The notes below the pieces were generated by a model. That model worked only from the letters and a program-made list of their open reading frames with translations. It did not search any database and was not told the origin of the DNA. DNA of 47,406 nucleotides, filler included, from Catajapyx aquilonaris (lineage: Eukaryota), in the NCBI GenBank assembly GCA_000934665.2. It is 2 parts of 2 records of this genome, joined end to end, with 100 filler letters (N's around TTAATTAATTAA, not from the genome) between each part and the next. Parts side by side here need not be neighbours in the genome. Positions count along the whole stretch, not along the records: positions 23,755 to 47,406 come from JYFJ02005645.1; 1 more part is not named here. One strand, given 5' to 3'. Positions 25,590-47,406 of this stretch are shown in pieces. The translations under genes and the position numbers were made by a program. Position 1 is the first letter of the stretch. The number at the start of each line of letters is the position of its first letter.

Positions 25590-26210
25590 GATACTGTTTT
25601 GCTTGGCCAACTAAAATTTTTGGTGCAAATGGTGCCCGGTAGTGCATACTATAAAAGTGCAAGCTAGTACTGCAAACCAGAGAAACAGAGTTATGATATT
25701 TGGGTGAAAGTGTTGTGAATGAGATTTTTAAAAAGCTCCAAATGACCATAGAAGGCCATAGTCTATACACCTGAAATAATTTTTGAATCTACTTTTATGG
25801 CATGGGTATATGGTATTTTTTGGAACACATATTCCTCACTACATGTGACATTTTCTGAACTGGATGAGTTATCGCATTATAAAACCCCATTTTGTATGGT
25901 TGCCACATATTGCAAAAAGTATTGTGTAATCATCAAGTTCACTAAATGTCAGTTGTAGTGAGGAATATGCAATCCCAAAAATATATTGTCATATACCAAT
26001 GCCATAAAAGTAGATGTAAAAATTATTTCGGTGTATAAGGCCTTCTATGGTCATGTGGAACTTTAAAAAAAAAAAAAATCTCATTCACAGCGCTTTGACT
26101 CCAACATCAGAATTAGGTTTCTCTGGTTTGCAGTACTAGCTTGCACTTTTCTAGTACACACTACCCAGCACCAGCAGCAAAAGTCTTGGTTGACCAAGCA
26201 CAACAGGTGT
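25590..26210. mobile_element. Large fold-back MITE, ~280-bp imperfect arms
   Basis: AAAAGTGCAAGCTAGTACTGCAAACCAGAGAAAC (~25653) pairs with GTTTCTCTGGTTTGCAGTACTAGCTTGCACTTTT (~26117). ATGACCATAGAAGGCC pairs with GGCCTTCTATGGTCAT, and CATATTCCTCACTACA with TGTAGTGAGGAATATG. Ends approximate. Confidence 0.8.
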
Positions 26211-27011
26211 CCTACAGATTACCAATCTAACTTGCAAACATCCTTTGGAAGTCACGGAAGTGTTCCAAGGCCCCTACACAGGGTGAAGGGAAACTCACGC
26301 CCAATCGCCAGGTTGACTGATAGTACTGGGAAAACTAATATAGGGATGTGCAATTAGTTTACGGCGACGTAGCGTAGTTAATGCGTACAGCGCCATTAAA
26401 GTTTCGTTACGTCACACCACTCCGCTAGTTTCAAAGAAGCTAAAGCCAGCTTGAGGACCTCCGAATAATCCGGCCTGGGTCCCCTAACGTATCGTCCATG
26501 TGCAATAGGCGATCAAATCCCGTCAGAGTAAGAATCTGGGTGCGACACTCGTGCACTTTGTTGTTTTTACCTCATATTTTACCACCTGGCCCTCTACACT
26601 TTAAAGGTGCCTTACGCATTAACTACTCACTGGCGCTCAAAACTAATTGCACATCCCTATACTAGTTTTGCGAGTACTATCAGTCTACCTGGTGATTGGG
26701 CGCGAGTGTCCCTTCACTCTGTATACTCATTATGTTTTATGAAAGGTGACAGTTTATTACATACAAGCTGGACTAAACAATATCTAAACTGGTACTGGGC
26801 TTGATCAGGTGGAAGAGCTGCTAGATGGCTCTCTTTTTAGCAATCCATTTCTGACGGTTATGTCATGAATAATTAATTCTGTTGGATGTCAAATTTTTTT
26901 TTTAAATTGAAGGAATGAACTTTTTGAACTGCTGCAGTTTGCACAATTAACTGAGTTAAATTGAGAATGCCATGTTCCTGTCCAGATCACTATATTGGTG
27001 TGGCAATATAT

Positions 27012-27894
27012 CCTCCTGAGACCTGGTGTCGACATATGTCAACATCAGCAAAAAAAAATTTGGCACCAACTAGTGATGCCAACAGAACTGTAATCTGTAG
27101 GTATCCCATGATTACAATCTGGCCTCAACAGGTGTAGCCACCTAGTGTCGAATATGTGACATTGGCCACGGAAATTAAATCACTTATGAAAAACTGCTGC
27201 TGAAGCGAGGCGCTCATCTGATAAGTTTTATTTTTTTACTCATATTTAGAGTGCGATTTTTGCAATGCAGTGAATGTCCTGGGATTCTCAAGGAATGTGT
27301 ATTAGGAAATACGAAAAGATGTGTCTGTGACAATCTTTGTTGCTGTAGAGAACTGGTAATTTTCTTTTCTTCCTGAGACTAATGTCCATTTAAATGGACA
27401 TCCGAAATTATTATTTTTTTAGCTGAATGGGTTGTGGCTTTTCTTTGAATGCCTGTATCTGTACACCCATAAGGAAGTGTGCTTTGCATTATACAGTTCA
27501 GTTTTAAAATCTAGAATAGTGAGGTACCATGCTAGGGGGTAAGAAGGGAGCAAGCCCCATGCCTGGAGTGGTGGCATTCAAAAATAATTTTATATATCTT
27601 TAATTGTCTTCTGAGAGAAATTGCTACCACGAATTCCACAAATGAATTTAAAAAACATTATTTTGAGGATAGAGCACTATGTTAGTGATCCATTGAGTGG
27701 TATTTAAATTTCCAGCTGTCATCCATTCTGCTTTTGTAGCAGCAATTGGGTCCTAATGTTCTTATTGGTTGTTTGTCACTATTTTTGTCAATATTTTAAA
27801 ACTAATTTTTTTTCTCGTTTCTTATTGGGAAAATGTTCAGAAAATGCAATAGGAACTGACATTGCGTTAAAAAATCTTCTCGGGTCTCAGGAGG
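27012..27894. mobile_element. Non-autonomous TIR element, 883 bp, flanked by ATAT (piggyBac-like, tentative)
   Basis: ATAT|CCTCCTGAGACC ... GGTCTCAGGAGG|ATAT, a perfect 16-bp inverted match including flanks. Internal echoes of the left end near 27141 and 27371. Confidence 0.7.
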
Positions 27895-28551
27895 ATATGG
27901 TAACTGAATTAACTAGAAAGTATGTTTGGGAACCAGAAGCTCAACTAATAAATACACACGCCTGGAACTGTTGCCATATCATCATAGCATGTTATAACAT
28001 TTAATACTACGATCACATGAGACAATATTCCCACACCTTAGCAACACAATATTTCTACTCTTATAACCTTCACTGAATCTTCTTTTGGCTGGAAGAGCAG
28101 TAGAGAATGGATGTGGTGCCCACAACTAGCATAAAATATTTCACATGCTGGCACTGATGTACATCTTAGCTTTTTTTTCCTCCACCAAACCTAACAGAAG
28201 CCTCTTCTATCCTAGGATTTTACGTCTGGGAGAAAGGTGGGGCAGGGGACTGGGGCTGCTCGTTACTTTATTTCCGAAGTTTCCTAGATGTGTGTGCCTC
28301 CAGATGGGGTGTGGTTGGAAAATGCTCTTGTTCTCCACAAGTGACATCACAGTTGCTTCCAGTCATTAAGCACGTTGTAATGACAAGTGATGAGATGTAT
28401 TATTGTATTCAAGTTAATATGTTGAGCAGAGGAGGACACTTAAATATGCAGTTCTCCTTTTATGCTTAAATTCTTTGTGAAATTCAACTGTTTGTAAATC
28501 AGGCAAATATTTGCAAGATTGCTTATAAGTGTGTGTGTGGACCTCTTGCAG

Positions 28552-46947
<18,396 letters not shown>

Positions 46948-47406
46948 TGAGTGAGGTGACAGTCCAAACCGCACAGCTCTCCAAGAGCCAGGTCAGTTAA
47001 TGACAGTTCCTTAATGCTTGGTGGATTGGGTGCTATGGGCATATCGAAAGGATGTGTTCCAGGATCAATTTTGATGCTGCGGGCAATATTTTTTAGGGGA
47101 AATCATAAGAAGTCATTTCAAAAGCAACTTGGTTTTTCCTATCTGTTTTTTGAGTTGGGAAAATGAGGTTGTAAAATTGGCAAATGAGCCATTTTTTCAA
47201 CTTCCCAGGCCCCATTTTTATAGTAGTGGTAGATATTATGCCCATTTTTAAATTGTTAAATATTCACATATTTTGGGAAATGCACATGGTGGCTATATCA
47301 GCATGCCATTATACTTGCCCAACTGCATGGTAATTCGCTCACCCTGAACATTTGCACCATAGATGAGCAGAAACCCACCAATGCGCGAAATTATTGAAGA
47401 CACAAT

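Noticed and set aside
26809..26856. VEELLDGSLFSNPFLT, resembling the missing coracle FERM start (LLDGS...)
   Set aside because: No polypyrimidine tract before the AG, a weak ACG|GTTATG donor, one residue too many before RKA, no beta-strand pattern around LLDG and a stop a few codons upstream. Probably chance; the real exon is more likely outside this segment.

Overview
Eukaryotic (arthropod-like) genomic DNA with small spliceosomal introns and many MITEs. It is made of two segments joined by an artificial 100-bp spacer (44 N + TTAATTAATTAA + 44 N, 23655-23754), so adjacency across the spacer is not evidence of linkage. Left segment: the last coding exon of a glutaredoxin (+, 2996-3097), a 5-exon ZCCHC24 orthologue converging on it (-, 4025-5440, possibly with a Pro/His-rich N-terminal extension), and the first two coding exons of a DOK7-family adaptor (+, 18067-18159 and 20167-20212, the second ending at a GC donor), whose other exons are missing. 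Right segment: a coracle/protein 4.1 gene lacking its first coding exon(s) (+, 16 exons, 28552-46947, 1333 aa if all are included). It has FERM and FERM-adjacent exons, a series of phase-0 low-complexity exons flanked by many TGCATG (Rbfox) motifs, and the 4.1 C-terminal domain. One intron holds a decayed ~2.8-kb hAT (Charlie/Buster-like) transposon with nested insertions. I found no convincing evidence of a wholly new biological system. The best leads are splicing and regulatory features and hidden exons that the ORF track misses. Family assignments come from recalled protein motifs, not from database searches.
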